The notes under the pieces: generated by a model
The model's database searches: none
Told to the model about the DNA's origin: nothing
What the model saw: only the letters and a program-made list of their open reading frames with translations
Origin: Nemertoderma westbladi
Lineage: Eukaryota > Animalia > Xenacoelomorpha
Direction: 5' to 3'
DNA length: 64,000 bases
Assembly (NCBI GenBank): GCA_032718475.1
Contig: JAUCBJ010005512.1
Span: forward strand, 1-64,000
Part shown: positions 49,656 to 62,170 of the stretch, piece by piece
Position numbering within the stretch: the stretch's first letter is position 1
Layout of the letters: the number at the start of each line of letters is the position of its first letter
Position numbers and translations under genes: made by a program

Positions 49656-50991
49656 ATTTATTAAATTTTATTTCATGTGGTGAAATTGAAAGAGCATCTA
49701 AGTAAAAAATATTTGCACGAAATTTGAGCAAAATTCATTCATACACTCAAAAGTTATTGCATCTTTAGCATCTGCAAGGTGTAAGCCTAGGGCCTGCTAC
49801 TCCAAAATAGTACTCAATATCAAATATTGGTTTCGGCTCACTAGTTACTTAATAAATATTTCAGAACATTAAATTATTTAACATTGAGTAAGGCAGCATC
49901 ATCAGGGGTTGAAGAGTACAGTAATTTGAATCGCATTAACTATGGAAGCAATATAGGCCTAATAAAATACTGCAGTTGAAAATTTATTGTAACCCTATTT
50001 TGTTCTATATTTTACAGTATTTAAGAATTGCCAAATTATGAATACAATTACCTATTACGTGCGAAATAAACATGAACATATTTTTTTCAATCTGGATATG
50101 TTTGTTGCCGTCAATCCTGGATCCTCATGGATGGACGCCGATGTAAGTCCTGAGGAATCGCACCAAATCCCCAAGCCAGCCAACAAGCAAGTCATACACC
50201 AGCCAACAACGGTGGCTGGTGTAATGGGACTACCCGACTAGCCACCGACTACTTGATTAACTATTTTAATTAATCGCGTCAATTTATTAATTTGTAGTGA
50301 ATTGTTTGATAATAATAATAATAATAATAATAAAAGCACTAGTCACAGGTATTATTGGGTGTGGGGGGATCTTGATACCGGTATGTCATGCAGGTCACAA
50401 AAAGAAAGTAAATGTTGGTTCAATATCAAATTTATTCTTCCGAACACTACCGAAGTTACCACCGGTTACACCAATGAACTTCCTATAAGTAATCTGATAA
50501 TAAATATATGGGCTTCCCCACAACAATAATAACTCCAAATATTCATAAGAGTTAATAAACTTACGGTATAAATGACAGATAAGGATTTTACTTTATAGGA
50601 CTACTGACTTTACTTTATAAGATTTTAACCACCCCAACTAAATTTGATACCCCGTCTTTCCGGTCTGTGTCAGTCGTGTCGGGCGAGGGTAGCCCGCTTC
50701 TTTCACGTTCCGAGTCCCTTTCAGGCTCGTAGTATCCCTCCCTGGCCTAATGGCCGAATTATTTACCGTACTTGCAGTACCTTTTTAGAAAATATACAGT
50801 AGTTCTTAAGTAATGAATTGGGAGGTGTTATACAGTATCTGATATACAATATGTAGGCCTACAACAAACTGCAATAAGTAATATTTTATGAGTAAAACAT
50901 GTGGATAGACCACAATTAATTTTGTCGAAAGACTATATTATAATAATTAATAACAATGATAATTCATTCACGTCCATAACTTCTCTCCTAG

Positions 50992-51156
50992 AACTACCAA
51001 ATCCCTTACACCATATCAACTTCCAACAAAGATCTCCATTCTGCCGTTGATGCCGCTAAGGCCTGGTTCGCCGCTAACACCTGCATCACACTGGTACCCC
51101 GATCTAATCAACGGAATTACATTAAAGTTGTTCTGAAAAGCGGATGCTGGTCTCAG
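50992..51156 (+). CDS. Astacin gene exon 4: N-terminal half of the peptidase M12A domain
   Basis: ctcctag|NYQIPYTI...AKAWFAANTCITLVPRSNQRNYIKVVLKSGCWSQ|gttggg, with the typical IPY, TCI and GCWS motifs. The HEXXH exon is not in the window. Confidence 0.85.
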
Positions 51157-52040
51157 GTTGGGCCTACGCCGTAGAGTAACTACTGAATTCTTGCATTATT
51201 TATTAGTGTGATATATCGATTCATTAGTCAACTTTTATTGTAATGGTCTCACTTACTTTCGCATATTTCACACAACAACTTTTGCTGCACACGCTAACTG
51301 CATATCGAAATCTTATATTTTTATCAGAGAATCATTCATTTTCTGTGCGTATGATATTTATGCCTAACTCATGTTGTATACCACCGTGAACCTTGTTTAT
51401 ATGTTGCCTAGCAGCAGTTGTGGTAGTGCTGAACTCTTATTGGTAACTACCAGTACAGGTATTCTTGTGTCCTATTGGCTGTTCTATTTTTGCAGTATTG
51501 CTTGTTTATATAGTCGATGTTCATCCCATTACTCTCAGGCATAACCTAACACCATATTAAGCCTGTTGCGAGTAATGTAACTTGCAGGACTCGTGATATG
51601 TCACCTTGCTGCATGCATTGTACCTTGCTGTATTACATTATTTACTATTATTACTTTACTATTGTTGATGAAATACAAGACCAGAGATCAAACCAACTCG
51701 ATTTCCACACGGTTAGTGCTGACTGCGCCCTGTCGGTAATAGATTCGGTTCATTTTAGTGCGAGTGTGTGCGTCCATAGTGCTGCAATATTGTTCCCCAA
51801 CTAGTAATTGTCATCTATTAACACTATGTATGTAGCGCGAGTGAACTGTGCGCTTACCACGCACTAAGTCCAACATAGTGTCCTACCTGTAATATATGTA
51901 AGTCACACGTACATTTACTCACCAACAACACAATATAACGGAACGGTTTACACGTAACTGTCACTTTGCTCCCTTGAAGCAGTTTATAAGCGCCGAAACT
52001 ATATACTTACAGTGATTGATTGTACATTCAGGTCAGATAT

Positions 52041-53250
52041 TGTAAAAGCTTTTGTGGGATAACTGATACGTTTGCCTTTGCTGGCCAGTTCCCCCCCAGT
52101 CGCTAGAATACTCTCAAAGGGATTTATAACTAAAATAGTGCAAGCTACCAGCTTATTGGCTGATGTGCTGTGTGGAGATATCTGGGCTCAGTTTAATCGG
52201 CCAACCAGTGTAGGGAGGTTGCCTAAGCCTTGCTGTCCGTGTCGGCCAATAGAATTTGCGTAGGCGTTGATTTCGACCTATCCCAGCGCTACTGAACTGA
52301 ATTTCCTATCTCACTGCTCATCCTCTGTGTTGGACGGGAGCTTCGGGGAATAAGAGTTTTTGGTATACTCGTATAGTGGTAGTAGTCATATGATTTTATA
52401 TGATTCTGTTGTTGTGTTCCCATTTTCGCCATAACACCGGCTTTTGGGAAGAACTCTAGTAAAACTGCTTAAATTATCGAAAGTATAAACTGTTACCTAA
52501 CTAACTCACTCATTAACTAACCTTACTTAACTAATCAATCTTAACTCACTATTAATCATATTGTTTGTACTGTTATTTACCGTCAGTTATTAATTGTACC
52601 TATTTGTTGATGGAAATATTGCTCTTTGGATAATACGGATAAATCACCCAAATTTCCCAATTTTCTTGATACACTACAGGTTAGAGAGACAGGCTATACA
52701 TAACAATTGCGATTTATATTAATGTGGTGTGTATTGAATCTAATGTTATTTAGCAGACCCTACATGAGTCAATTACTGCTCTCTTTATGTGTGATCAAAT
52801 ATACTGACGGTCGGCAGAATAGTGTGCATGATTGTGATTGGTAACAAAGTATTTCCTAAAGAATACGCTTTATACTTTAATCATAAGCAGTATCGTTGCG
52901 TTTAGTATAAGTCCTAGTTCTGTTTAAATAGATAGAGCGCCACGTCCTAAAGGAACTGTTAATATTTCCCGAAAGCCAATAATATCTGTCAGAGATTAAT
53001 TATTAACGATCTATCGAATAATACAGTAGGTATACACTGCAACCTTACACTGCAATAATAAAATTTAAGCATCCGAATTCAGCCTCCCGGGTGTAGATCC
53101 ATCGGGTGAATGATCGCGCATGGGCTGACTTCGGCTAATGTTTTGCGTATTAGCATAAAATATTGTCGTATGCTAAAGGTGTTTTAATTAACTAAAAGAC
53201 ATATAAATTTTGGCAGGTTAAACTGCTAAAGGTCTTCAAAAGCGCGAACA
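52041..53250 (+). repeat. 5' LTR of element 2
   Basis: tgtaaaagcttttg...caaaagcgcgaaca; 3' half conserved with the element 1 LTR, 5' part diverged. Confidence 0.92.
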
Positions 53251-53263
53251 GTAACAGTTTATA
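53251..53263 (+). promoter_or_regulatory. Non-tRNA primer-binding site, complementary to LTR positions 52484-52496
   Basis: gtaacagtttata is the exact reverse complement of tataaactgttac. Confidence 0.78.
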
Positions 53264-55408
53264 ATCTTATTGCAGTAGGCAATAAGGTTGCAAAATACCG
53301 TAGTGACTGGTAAAACTGAACCGGTACTTCTGTAGGTCAGTAGGCCTAACTGTCATCACCGGTACCGGTACTGCTGTACAAGTACATTTAGTATTATTCG
53401 ATTTTGATTATTGTATACCGGTAGGCTGTTTAAGAGATTAGGGACTGTACACCCCTTGTTTCTTTTGGAGCTTACTTATTTCTGTCTGTTTTATTTCCTA
53501 GTAAGTTAATATTGAGCTGAAGACGTGTAAGTCTGCTCAGATTGTTCAAATAATTGTAGGCTGAACTGCTGTCTGACTGTGTTGAGTTTGGAGAGATTAC
53601 GGCGTGTGTAGAGTTTGTCTGATCAAGTGCCGTTAGTAAGTTGGGGCAGCCATATGCGGTAAGGTCAATCCCCTCTTAAAGAATAAGTCGTACTACCGTG
53701 TTAGAACGCATACTAACTAACAGTTTCAGAATCTGCATATACTGTAGTTTATTTAGGCTTGATTGTAGTCTGCCAGTGTTTTAGCCTGTGTTTGTTTGTG
53801 TGGTCTGTTCAGGTACCGTAATAGTTATTACTCAGATATTTTGTAGGCTAGATTGTTGTCTAGCTATTCTTAGGCCTGAAGGGATTGCTGCGTGTGTAGA
53901 GTTGGTCTGATAAAGTGCCGTTAGTAAGTTGGGGCAGCCATATGCGGTAAGGTCAATCCCCTCTTAAAGAATAAGTCGTACTACCGTGCTAGAACGCATA
54001 CTAACTAACAGTTTCAGAATCTGCACATACTGTAGTTTGTTTAGGCTTGATAGTAGTCTGCCAGCGTTTAGTTTGTATTTTATTTGAGTATTCTGTACGG
54101 GTAGCGTAATATTTATTATTCAGAGTTTATGCGATTATTCGCAACATTCATGTCCCCAAGTTTATTCCTACAGTAATTGTGCTTGTTATACATACCGTTA
54201 TAGTTAAATTAACCTCGGTACTACACGGGCTGCTTGGCGTAGGACAAGACTGGTGACTTTGTGCTTCGGTCACTCCAGCAGATGCCGTGGTTCTTTTAAC
54301 TGTTCAAGTATATTTAACTACTGATTATTTGTTATACCGGTACTTGTACCTAATTTAGGGTTTAGTGTACAGTGCTTTCCGAAGTAATTAGTGTAGGCAG
54401 TATATTTGTGTTGTAAAGTGGTTGATAGGCACATTCGTTAGCTCTATTAGCTTCTGGGTAGGAACAATCCGTGATACATAACGTAGTACCTATAGCGATA
54501 CGGTTATAGGTCATCAGGCGGTGGTATTTTCCTATCTGGACAGTACAATATATTTACTACTACTTATTATTTCAAATACCGTAGTACCCTGTCCGTTGTA
54601 ATAACCAGAAATTCTAACCCTTTGTTAGGCTGGTTTGTAGACTTCCTGTAAAAATTACCCTAAAAATTTCGTACGTAATATTTTGTTGTGTTTAATTAGA
54701 GAATTAATTTCACCAGTATAGTAAGTAATTTGTAGTATTAAGTAACTTAGGTAAATTAGAATTATCAGTTTTAGTGTCAAATAAATAGCACTTCACTGAG
54801 AGCGCACAGCTTCTGTGTAGTGACTCCCCCAGAAATAATAACATTTATTTCAAATATTGAAAAAAAAAACCCATTTAAACGGGTATATAACTATTATAAA
54901 TCAAATCAAACGATTTATAAATAGTAGGCCTGCCATACAACAACTAGGTAACACTATCAGTTGGACTACTGCTTAAATAACGGTAATAAAGTAAGTTAAA
55001 GTAACTAAGTAACCCTAAAATATTCAGGAATTCAATTATTCTAAAAATAATTTACATACCGGTACTTACCATAGGCTTATTATATTTATTTCTATAAATT
55101 TGAGCTGAAATCATACCGGTACTCTGTAATTAATTCTAGTTCATAATTATACTTATATATACTATAAGTGTAAGCTGTATACCGGTATTCAAGATAGGCC
55201 TATTATATATTCATATATATCTGTGTTAAATTTATATACCGGTACTCTGTGACAAACCTAGTTTACAATACTTATATATATTATAAGTGCATACCGGTAT
55301 TCTAATATACTGCAATAAATTACCGGTACTAGGCCAGTGGTCATACTGAATTACTAGACTTGCTTTAACTGTAACTATAGCAGTAAGCCTTCAACTGTAT
55401 AGCTAAAC

Positions 55409-58400
55409 ATGTCTGACACTCAGCAAAACCTGTCAGACAGTCTGATCGATACAACTATCTGTGATTCAGATAGGAGTTATAAACAGTTTACTGCTAATCA
55501 AATGCAGATGATGAGAAAATCTACTCCCAAGCGCCAGGGATACACATCCTCAGAGGAAGGCGAGACCACCGATCCTGAAGGCGGAGGAAATAGATCTCAT
55601 CTAAGTAGGCGTAGAAAAACATATTACCGTCGCAAATTGCCTGATTTGCCCCCAGCTGTTAAAAGACAGCTAACTAGCACAGACTTAGGTAGTGCAGAAC
55701 CCATAGAACAATTCATCCAGGTCAAAAGACTCCCTACTATAGTCGATGAACCTGAAATAATTAGGCCTGTTGTTCCCAAGGTCACTTCTGTGCTAGAGAC
55801 CCCTGCACTTCCAGAGCTTAACTCTAAATTCCCTTTACATAGTACTACACTGCCTGTACCCGGTGGAACAGTCCATGCAAATACCCCTGTCCAGATAGCA
55901 GAGAGAGAAATCAATAATTTGTCTCCCGTCGTCCCGCGTCAGCCCGCTACTATGTTGGCGACTCCCGCTTCGGCGGTTGAGTGGGTGGAAGAGGGACGGC
56001 GGGGGATGAATCTCCTGCTGGGACAGATGCAGGAGACTGTCCACCAACTTAAGGGAACAGTGAGGGAAGGTAGAGCAGAGTTGCAAGAGGTGCAGCAAAG
56101 TATCGCACTAGAACGCGACAAATTAGTCAATATACAAAAGGGCATACCAATACCCCCTGTAACATTGTGTCAACCTGTTAGGTCTGAAGTATTACATGCG
56201 CAAGGTGTGGAGCCTACACGCATCTATACTGCTAGTGAAGTAGAAACCCCTATAGCAAACCCTATTAAGGGTGATTATAGACCTGTTATTAATGATATTC
56301 CTTATAGACCTGATAATGATCTGAGAAATTTATATACCGATAATTCGATATTAAATAACACGATGGCCCAAGAAAGCTTTACGCGTCAGATGGCTAGAAC
56401 AGAAGCCCGCCAAGCGGTCAAAGTGGGAGAGATCGTCAAATTCAATGGAGATGAGATGAAATGGTTACCTTTCAACGAATATTACAAAGATAGCATACAG
56501 AATTCTGTACTATCTAACGGAGAGAAACTTAGATTCCTCATCAAGTGTTTGGAAGGACCTCCCAAGTTAATGGCGTTAAAGTTTATTGGACATCCAGAAG
56601 GATTAAGACAAGTTTGGGATACATTAAACATCAGGTATGGTAACAAGGATAACATAGCTAAGTATTTGTATGCAAAATTAGTAGCTCCCCGACACTTCCT
56701 TAGTAGTGGGATTATAGAGTTTTCCGATGAAATTCAAGAGATCTGTAGACAACTGGACTGGTTAGGTAAGTCGCACGAATATCAGAGTTCCATGGTTATT
56801 GGAGCCGTAGTCTCTACTTTACCAAAGGGTGGAGTATGTACACGCTGGGACAAGAAAGTGTTGTACATGAATGAACAACAACGACGAAGTCCTACCATGG
56901 CTGATCTCATGTCTTTCTTAGATGGTGAAGTCAAACTACAACTCATCAAGCAGTCCAGAGAGAAAACATCGGAAAATAAGGTAAGTGAGAAACCCACTTC
57001 TAGGAGAAGAGTAACACCGGTGTGTTACACTGACGATGGCGAAAGCCAAGTTTCCCAAGAAGAAGACAGCGGGAAAGACACCGAACGATCTTATTATATT
57101 GACAAAACCTCCAAGGACGTAAGTAAATACAAAGCTCGAACCAACAATAGGAGAGAACAGGTTACTAAGACCCCTCCTCAGTCTCCTAGCAGAATGCGCG
57201 GAAGAAAGCCCGAAGAAAGAACGAGAGTGCATCAGACTACCCAAGGTAAAGTAAGTAACATAAAACCTAACTGTGCGCTGTGCGACGGGACCCACCGTTT
57301 GAGTGCGTGTGCGGAATTTCTAAAGAAATCCCTTGTAGACAGACGTACAGTTGTGTGGGACAAGCGGTTATGCTATAATTGCCTCAGACCAGGACACCAA
57401 CGGCGAACCTGTTACTCCGACATAAAGTGTGAAAAGTGTGGTGCGAAACATCACATCTTGTTACATAGTGAGTTCGAACGAGACAAGCCGAGTCAGGTAA
57501 GTGAGTCCGAACTACATGTCCAATTCAGTGATGTAAACGACACTGATCAGGAGTCTGAGATGGAAGGATTCTATACTGACGAATTCTCCGACGCCAATGA
57601 ATCCTGTTATCTAATAAACACCACGGTGTATCGAGCACTTACTTACGAAAAGGACATCAACGAGGAGTTTCCCCCTACTACTTTTACCAAACAATCATCT
57701 TGGAAAGCTCCAACTTCCAACGTAGGAATCAGAGAATTTCCTGTAGTTCAGGTAAGAGTTCACGGTATTAACAAAAGCTACATAGTGAACGCCCTACTTG
57801 ACTCAGGCAGCACAGGAACATTCATCGATCAAGAGTTAGCCGAAGATATCTTTGCTGGACAACCCAAGTTCCGGACTAAATTGAATATGTCAGGAATTAT
57901 GCAGGTTTGGAAATCTACCCTGACGGCAGATTACTATGTAGGTGTGTTGTCTACCCCCCAGGATAAGTTAGGAACACAAGGTGTAAGGTCAGTAAAAATG
58001 GTGGCTATAAAGAACTTCGCTACTACCCAAGCAGACCTTTATAATTGGGACGAGGATGAGAGCATCCAACATCTTAAGATACCTCGATTCCAGACAGATT
58101 ATCCTGGAGTGCAAATACTCATCGGCCAAAACGCACACGAAGCGCTTGAGACATTGGAGAAACGGCCTGCTCAACCACAGCCACTGCAAACTTATGCGGT
58201 AAGAACTAGAGTAGGTTGGTACTTTACTGGCCCTTCCCGTAGAACTCTAGAAGAGAGAATGCCCCACGAACAAATATATCAGGTAAGTGATTGGGAAGAG
58301 GAAAGCAGTGAGGTGGACGAACTAACTGAGGGAACACCATACTCCTCGGATAACGACGACATCTACCAACTCTTCGAAGAAGAGAACACAATTGACCTAC

Positions 58401-61400
58401 TTACCGAAAACCAAACTTGGAAAAACCAAACGAACCTATGTCAACTGATTCGCCCAACGGAATCCACTATTTATAATGACGAACTTAATGACGAGGTAGA
58501 GCGCTACAACGCTAGAACTCGGGACGAACTCGCCGTACGATTCTTTACCCAAGAATTGGTAGAACCCAATTCATACGACAAAGCCCTGTCGATAGAAGAA
58601 GAAAGAGCCAAGCAAATCCAGGAAACAACCACACGTTTTTTAAAAGATCAAGGTAGATATGAAATCGGACTACCCTTCCGAAAACGTGAACCCAGATTTA
58701 TAAATAACAGACCCTTGGCTGAGAAAAGAATCAATCAATTACATCGACGTCTTACGGCAAACGCTTCAGCTAAGGAAATGTACCAAACTCAGTTGAAGAA
58801 ATTTATCACAAAGGGATATGCGGAGCGAGTACCGGAAGGAACTCCAATAACTGAAAGGACTTATTATCTAACACATCATTATGTTCCCAAACCCGGTAAA
58901 CCCCATGAAGTACGGGTCGTATTTGATGGCTCCGCCCTATATATGGGCCAATCCCTTAATTCCGAGTTGTTACCAGGACCCAACTTGCTCCAATCTTTGT
59001 TGGGGATACTGTTGAGATTAAGACAATATTCCATCGCGTTCGCCTCCGATATAGAAGGAATGTTCCTACAAGTCAAGGCGTTGGATCGTGATAGAGACAG
59101 CCTAAGATTCCTGTGGTGGCCTGAAGGAGATCTCAACCAGAAACTGGTAGAGTACTGGATGACCATCCAGGCCTTTGGGATTATATCAAGCCCTTCAAAC
59201 GCCTGCTCAGTGGTCCGTACCACTGCGGATGACAACCGGGATGCCTTCTCTAAAGAGGTGATAGATAACATCAAACGAGACATATACATGGACGACAATT
59301 TAAAGTCCCTTCCATCAGTAAAGGAAGCCATTGATGTCGTGAAAGGAACGGTTGAGTGTTTGAAAAGAGGTGGATTTCGATTGACGAAGTTCACCAGCAA
59401 CTCCCGTGAGTTTCTGGAAGCAATATCTGTAGAAGACCGGGGATCAAAAGATCTCGACTTAATACATGACGATCTTCCGGAAACCAAGACGCTTGGCTTG
59501 AAGTGGGACACAGAAAGAGATATCCTGTTTTTTCAATTAAAACAGCGAGATAATCCAGTTCGGACCAAACGGATTTGTTTAAGTATTCTGAGCACTTATT
59601 TCGATCCCTTGGGATTTATTAGCCCAGTTATATTGATTGCTTGGAGTTTAGTCCAACAAATGTGGCTGGAAAACCACTCGTGGGACGATCCACTCAAGGG
59701 AGAACTATTAAAGAAATGGATGAAATGGGAGGATTCGCTACCTGCCATCGAGAACTTTATAATTTCCCGTTCATATTTTGGTCATGTTCTCCCTGCGTAT
59801 TCCTATCAACTCCATGTATTTGGAGATGCCAGCGATATGGGAATCGGTATAGTAACATATCTGCGAGTCGAAACTCCGGATGGAATCAAAGTTGCCTTGG
59901 TTACCTCTAAGGCATTGATTAACAACAAGCTTAAGGTTCCTCGGGCGGAGTTAAAAGCAGCTTTATACGCTACAGCTATCGGACGGAATGTAACAGAACA
60001 GATCGATTATCCACTGGAGAAAACTGTTTATTGGACCGACGCTTTACTTGTATTGGAATATATAACGAATGAAGTCTGTCAGTTCAGCGTCTTTGTTACT
60101 AACAGAGTGGCCATTATTCTTAGTCGCACAACGATAGATCAATGGAGACATTGCCCTGGTACGATTAACCCAGCTGACATCGCCTCCAGAGGAGCAACTC
60201 CACAGGAACTGATAGATACCCCTGACTGGTTGGGTGGACCCGACTTCTTGAGCAAGGAAGAGGATGAATGGCCTCCTCACCTTACTACGGCTGAGATTAG
60301 ACAAGCCAAGGGAGCGGAGAAAGTCAAACCCAAAATTCGGACAAGTAAATCGAAGTTATTTAAACCGACAATCGATTTATCTGTATTACACACTGCCGAA
60401 AACGATACTTCGGATCCACAATCCCTCGCCGCAAACAAATCTGTTGTGGAAATTAGAGACAGAGATTGGAAATCTGAGATACCAGACGTCTCGCAAGGAA
60501 TCTCACCCCTGCTGCAGAGAGCACTGCATCATTACAGTTCCTGGAATCGTCTCTGTAAAGCTATCACATACTTAAAGAGATGTTTTCACCATCATTACTC
60601 CAGGAAGAAGACCACTAGTGATCCTGCTCCGGTAACATCTGCGCAAGTTCATGTTATTAAAGATCTACCTAAGTACAAGATATCAGACCGGTTTCTAAAG
60701 GAGAAGATCAGCTACCAGGAGCATGAAGAAACTAATAAGCAGCTACTGAGACTATTGCAATGCTATGAGGATTCCGATAGGTATTTTCTGCTATTAAGAA
60801 ATCCGCAGATGCGCTTAAGGGATCGCTTCTCTAGCACAATGATAGATGGGTTAATACGTGTTGGAGGAAGGCTGACGAACGCCCCATTGTCCTTTGATAC
60901 TAAATTCCCTATACTCATTAGTAATCTTGAAGTACAAATCAAGATGATTGTAGATGTTCACAGTAAACTGTATCATGCTGGTAGAGAACGAGTTCTTAGC
61001 GAAATTCGAACCCGCTATTATTTTCATAAACCACGTAGAGCTCTGAATCAAGTTCTTAGGAACTGCATACCTTGTAGGAAAGTATTCAGTAGGCCTTTAA
61101 CACAGCGAGAGGCAGAATTACCTAGGGAACGAGTAAGCTTTTATGAACCACCCTTTACTAATACCGGTGTGGATTTATTTGGCCCTATTGAAGTGTATCG
61201 TGCTAGAACTATAATCAAGAGATGGTGTGTAATCTTTGTCTGCATGACTTGTAGAGCTATCCATCTCGATATGGTGAACGATCTATCTACTAACAGCTTC
61301 GTCTTATGTTTACGACGACAGATCGCTCGTTTCGGCACTAGCAATACGATGAGATCCGATAAGGGAACGAACTTCATTGGTGCCAACAACGAAATTCAGG

Positions 61401-62170
61401 CTTACGTAAAGGACTGGAATCAAAGACAGGTGGATAACCAGCTACGGATAACGGCGTCTAGCTGGACCTTTAACGCCGCCGACGCCCCTTGGTGGGGAGG
61501 AAGTTGGGAGAGATTAATTCGAAGTGTCAAGACCGCATTTCACTTTATAGTGCCGTGCCGCGCATATCTCACCGACGAACTTCTACGGACGTTAATGGAA
61601 GAAATCGCTGCCTATCTTAACGAGAGACCGCTTATGCCAGTCTCATCGAGTATCGACTCCCTGGAAGCGCTAACACCTGCGCACTTCCTACTTAAGAAAC
61701 CTGTAGCCATGCTCCCACAATCCGAGATTGCCGATGGAGATGAATACTGTCGTCGAACTTGGCAGCTTATGCAGTTGCTATCCCGTCGTTTCGCTGACCA
61801 TTTTGAGAAACATTATCTGCCCACGCTACAACTTCGAACTAAGTGGTTTGCGCAGCAGGAAAATGTCAGCGCCGGAGACATGGTCCTTATTGTAGATCCG
61901 GACCTCCCACGTAGACAGTGGCAGATCGGTCGTATCATCGAGACGCACATCTCGGAGGATGGTCTAGTGCGCTCAGTAGAACTCGTCGTAATGCGGCGTA
62001 ACTTCAAGAAACCCGGGATAATCTTTGAGACGCAACAACTCAATCGCCCAGTTGGTCGTTTATGTTTGCTGGAAAGAGACAGGGAACTCTCCGGAAACTA
62101 TGGAAGACAAGACACTCTTCCCACGACCACCTCCCTAATACCTCAAACATCTAGGGGCTCTTCAACGTAG
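55409..62170 (+). CDS. gag-pol: BEL/Pao Gag-Pol polyprotein (Gag, 3x Zn knuckle, aspartic protease, RT, RNase H, integrase)
   Basis: Uninterrupted 2253 aa: CALCDGTHRLSAC/CYNCLRPGHQRRTC/CEKCGAKHHILLH, ALLDSGS, IYMDD, LHVFGDAS..VPRAEL..NPADIASRG, HHCC plus VDLFGP/SDKGTNF/WERLIRSVK. The PR-RT-RH-IN order and these motifs are typical of BEL/Pao. Confidence 0.97.
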   Translation: MSDTQQNLSDSLIDTTICDSDRSYKQFTANQMQMMRKSTPKRQGYTSSEEGETTDPEGGGNRSHLSRRRKTYYRRKLPDLPPAVKRQLTSTDLGSAEPIEQFIQVKRLPTIVDEPEIIRPVVPKVTSVLETPALPELNSKFPLHSTTLPVPGGTVHANTPVQIAEREINNLSPVVPRQPATMLATPASAVEWVEEGRRGMNLLLGQMQETVHQLKGTVREGRAELQEVQQSIALERDKLVNIQKGIPIPPVTLCQPVRSEVLHAQGVEPTRIYTASEVETPIANPIKGDYRPVINDIPYRPDNDLRNLYTDNSILNNTMAQESFTRQMARTEARQAVKVGEIVKFNGDEMKWLPFNEYYKDSIQNSVLSNGEKLRFLIKCLEGPPKLMALKFIGHPEGLRQVWDTLNIRYGNKDNIAKYLYAKLVAPRHFLSSGIIEFSDEIQEICRQLDWLGKSHEYQSSMVIGAVVSTLPKGGVCTRWDKKVLYMNEQQRRSPTMADLMSFLDGEVKLQLIKQSREKTSENKVSEKPTSRRRVTPVCYTDDGESQVSQEEDSGKDTERSYYIDKTSKDVSKYKARTNNRREQVTKTPPQSPSRMRGRKPEERTRVHQTTQGKVSNIKPNCALCDGTHRLSACAEFLKKSLVDRRTVVWDKRLCYNCLRPGHQRRTCYSDIKCEKCGAKHHILLHSEFERDKPSQVSESELHVQFSDVNDTDQESEMEGFYTDEFSDANESCYLINTTVYRALTYEKDINEEFPPTTFTKQSSWKAPTSNVGIREFPVVQVRVHGINKSYIVNALLDSGSTGTFIDQELAEDIFAGQPKFRTKLNMSGIMQVWKSTLTADYYVGVLSTPQDKLGTQGVRSVKMVAIKNFATTQADLYNWDEDESIQHLKIPRFQTDYPGVQILIGQNAHEALETLEKRPAQPQPLQTYAVRTRVGWYFTGPSRRTLEERMPHEQIYQVSDWEEESSEVDELTEGTPYSSDNDDIYQLFEEENTIDLLTENQTWKNQTNLCQLIRPTESTIYNDELNDEVERYNARTRDELAVRFFTQELVEPNSYDKALSIEEERAKQIQETTTRFLKDQGRYEIGLPFRKREPRFINNRPLAEKRINQLHRRLTANASAKEMYQTQLKKFITKGYAERVPEGTPITERTYYLTHHYVPKPGKPHEVRVVFDGSALYMGQSLNSELLPGPNLLQSLLGILLRLRQYSIAFASDIEGMFLQVKALDRDRDSLRFLWWPEGDLNQKLVEYWMTIQAFGIISSPSNACSVVRTTADDNRDAFSKEVIDNIKRDIYMDDNLKSLPSVKEAIDVVKGTVECLKRGGFRLTKFTSNSREFLEAISVEDRGSKDLDLIHDDLPETKTLGLKWDTERDILFFQLKQRDNPVRTKRICLSILSTYFDPLGFISPVILIAWSLVQQMWLENHSWDDPLKGELLKKWMKWEDSLPAIENFIISRSYFGHVLPAYSYQLHVFGDASDMGIGIVTYLRVETPDGIKVALVTSKALINNKLKVPRAELKAALYATAIGRNVTEQIDYPLEKTVYWTDALLVLEYITNEVCQFSVFVTNRVAIILSRTTIDQWRHCPGTINPADIASRGATPQELIDTPDWLGGPDFLSKEEDEWPPHLTTAEIRQAKGAEKVKPKIRTSKSKLFKPTIDLSVLHTAENDTSDPQSLAANKSVVEIRDRDWKSEIPDVSQGISPLLQRALHHYSSWNRLCKAITYLKRCFHHHYSRKKTTSDPAPVTSAQVHVIKDLPKYKISDRFLKEKISYQEHEETNKQLLRLLQCYEDSDRYFLLLRNPQMRLRDRFSSTMIDGLIRVGGRLTNAPLSFDTKFPILISNLEVQIKMIVDVHSKLYHAGRERVLSEIRTRYYFHKPRRALNQVLRNCIPCRKVFSRPLTQREAELPRERVSFYEPPFTNTGVDLFGPIEVYRARTIIKRWCVIFVCMTCRAIHLDMVNDLSTNSFVLCLRRQIARFGTSNTMRSDKGTNFIGANNEIQAYVKDWNQRQVDNQLRITASSWTFNAADAPWWGGSWERLIRSVKTAFHFIVPCRAYLTDELLRTLMEEIAAYLNERPLMPVSSSIDSLEALTPAHFLLKKPVAMLPQSEIADGDEYCRRTWQLMQLLSRRFADHFEKHYLPTLQLRTKWFAQQENVSAGDMVLIVDPDLPRRQWQIGRIIETHISEDGLVRSVELVVMRRNFKKPGIIFETQQLNRPVGRLCLLERDRELSGNYGRQDTLPTTTSLIPQTSRGSST

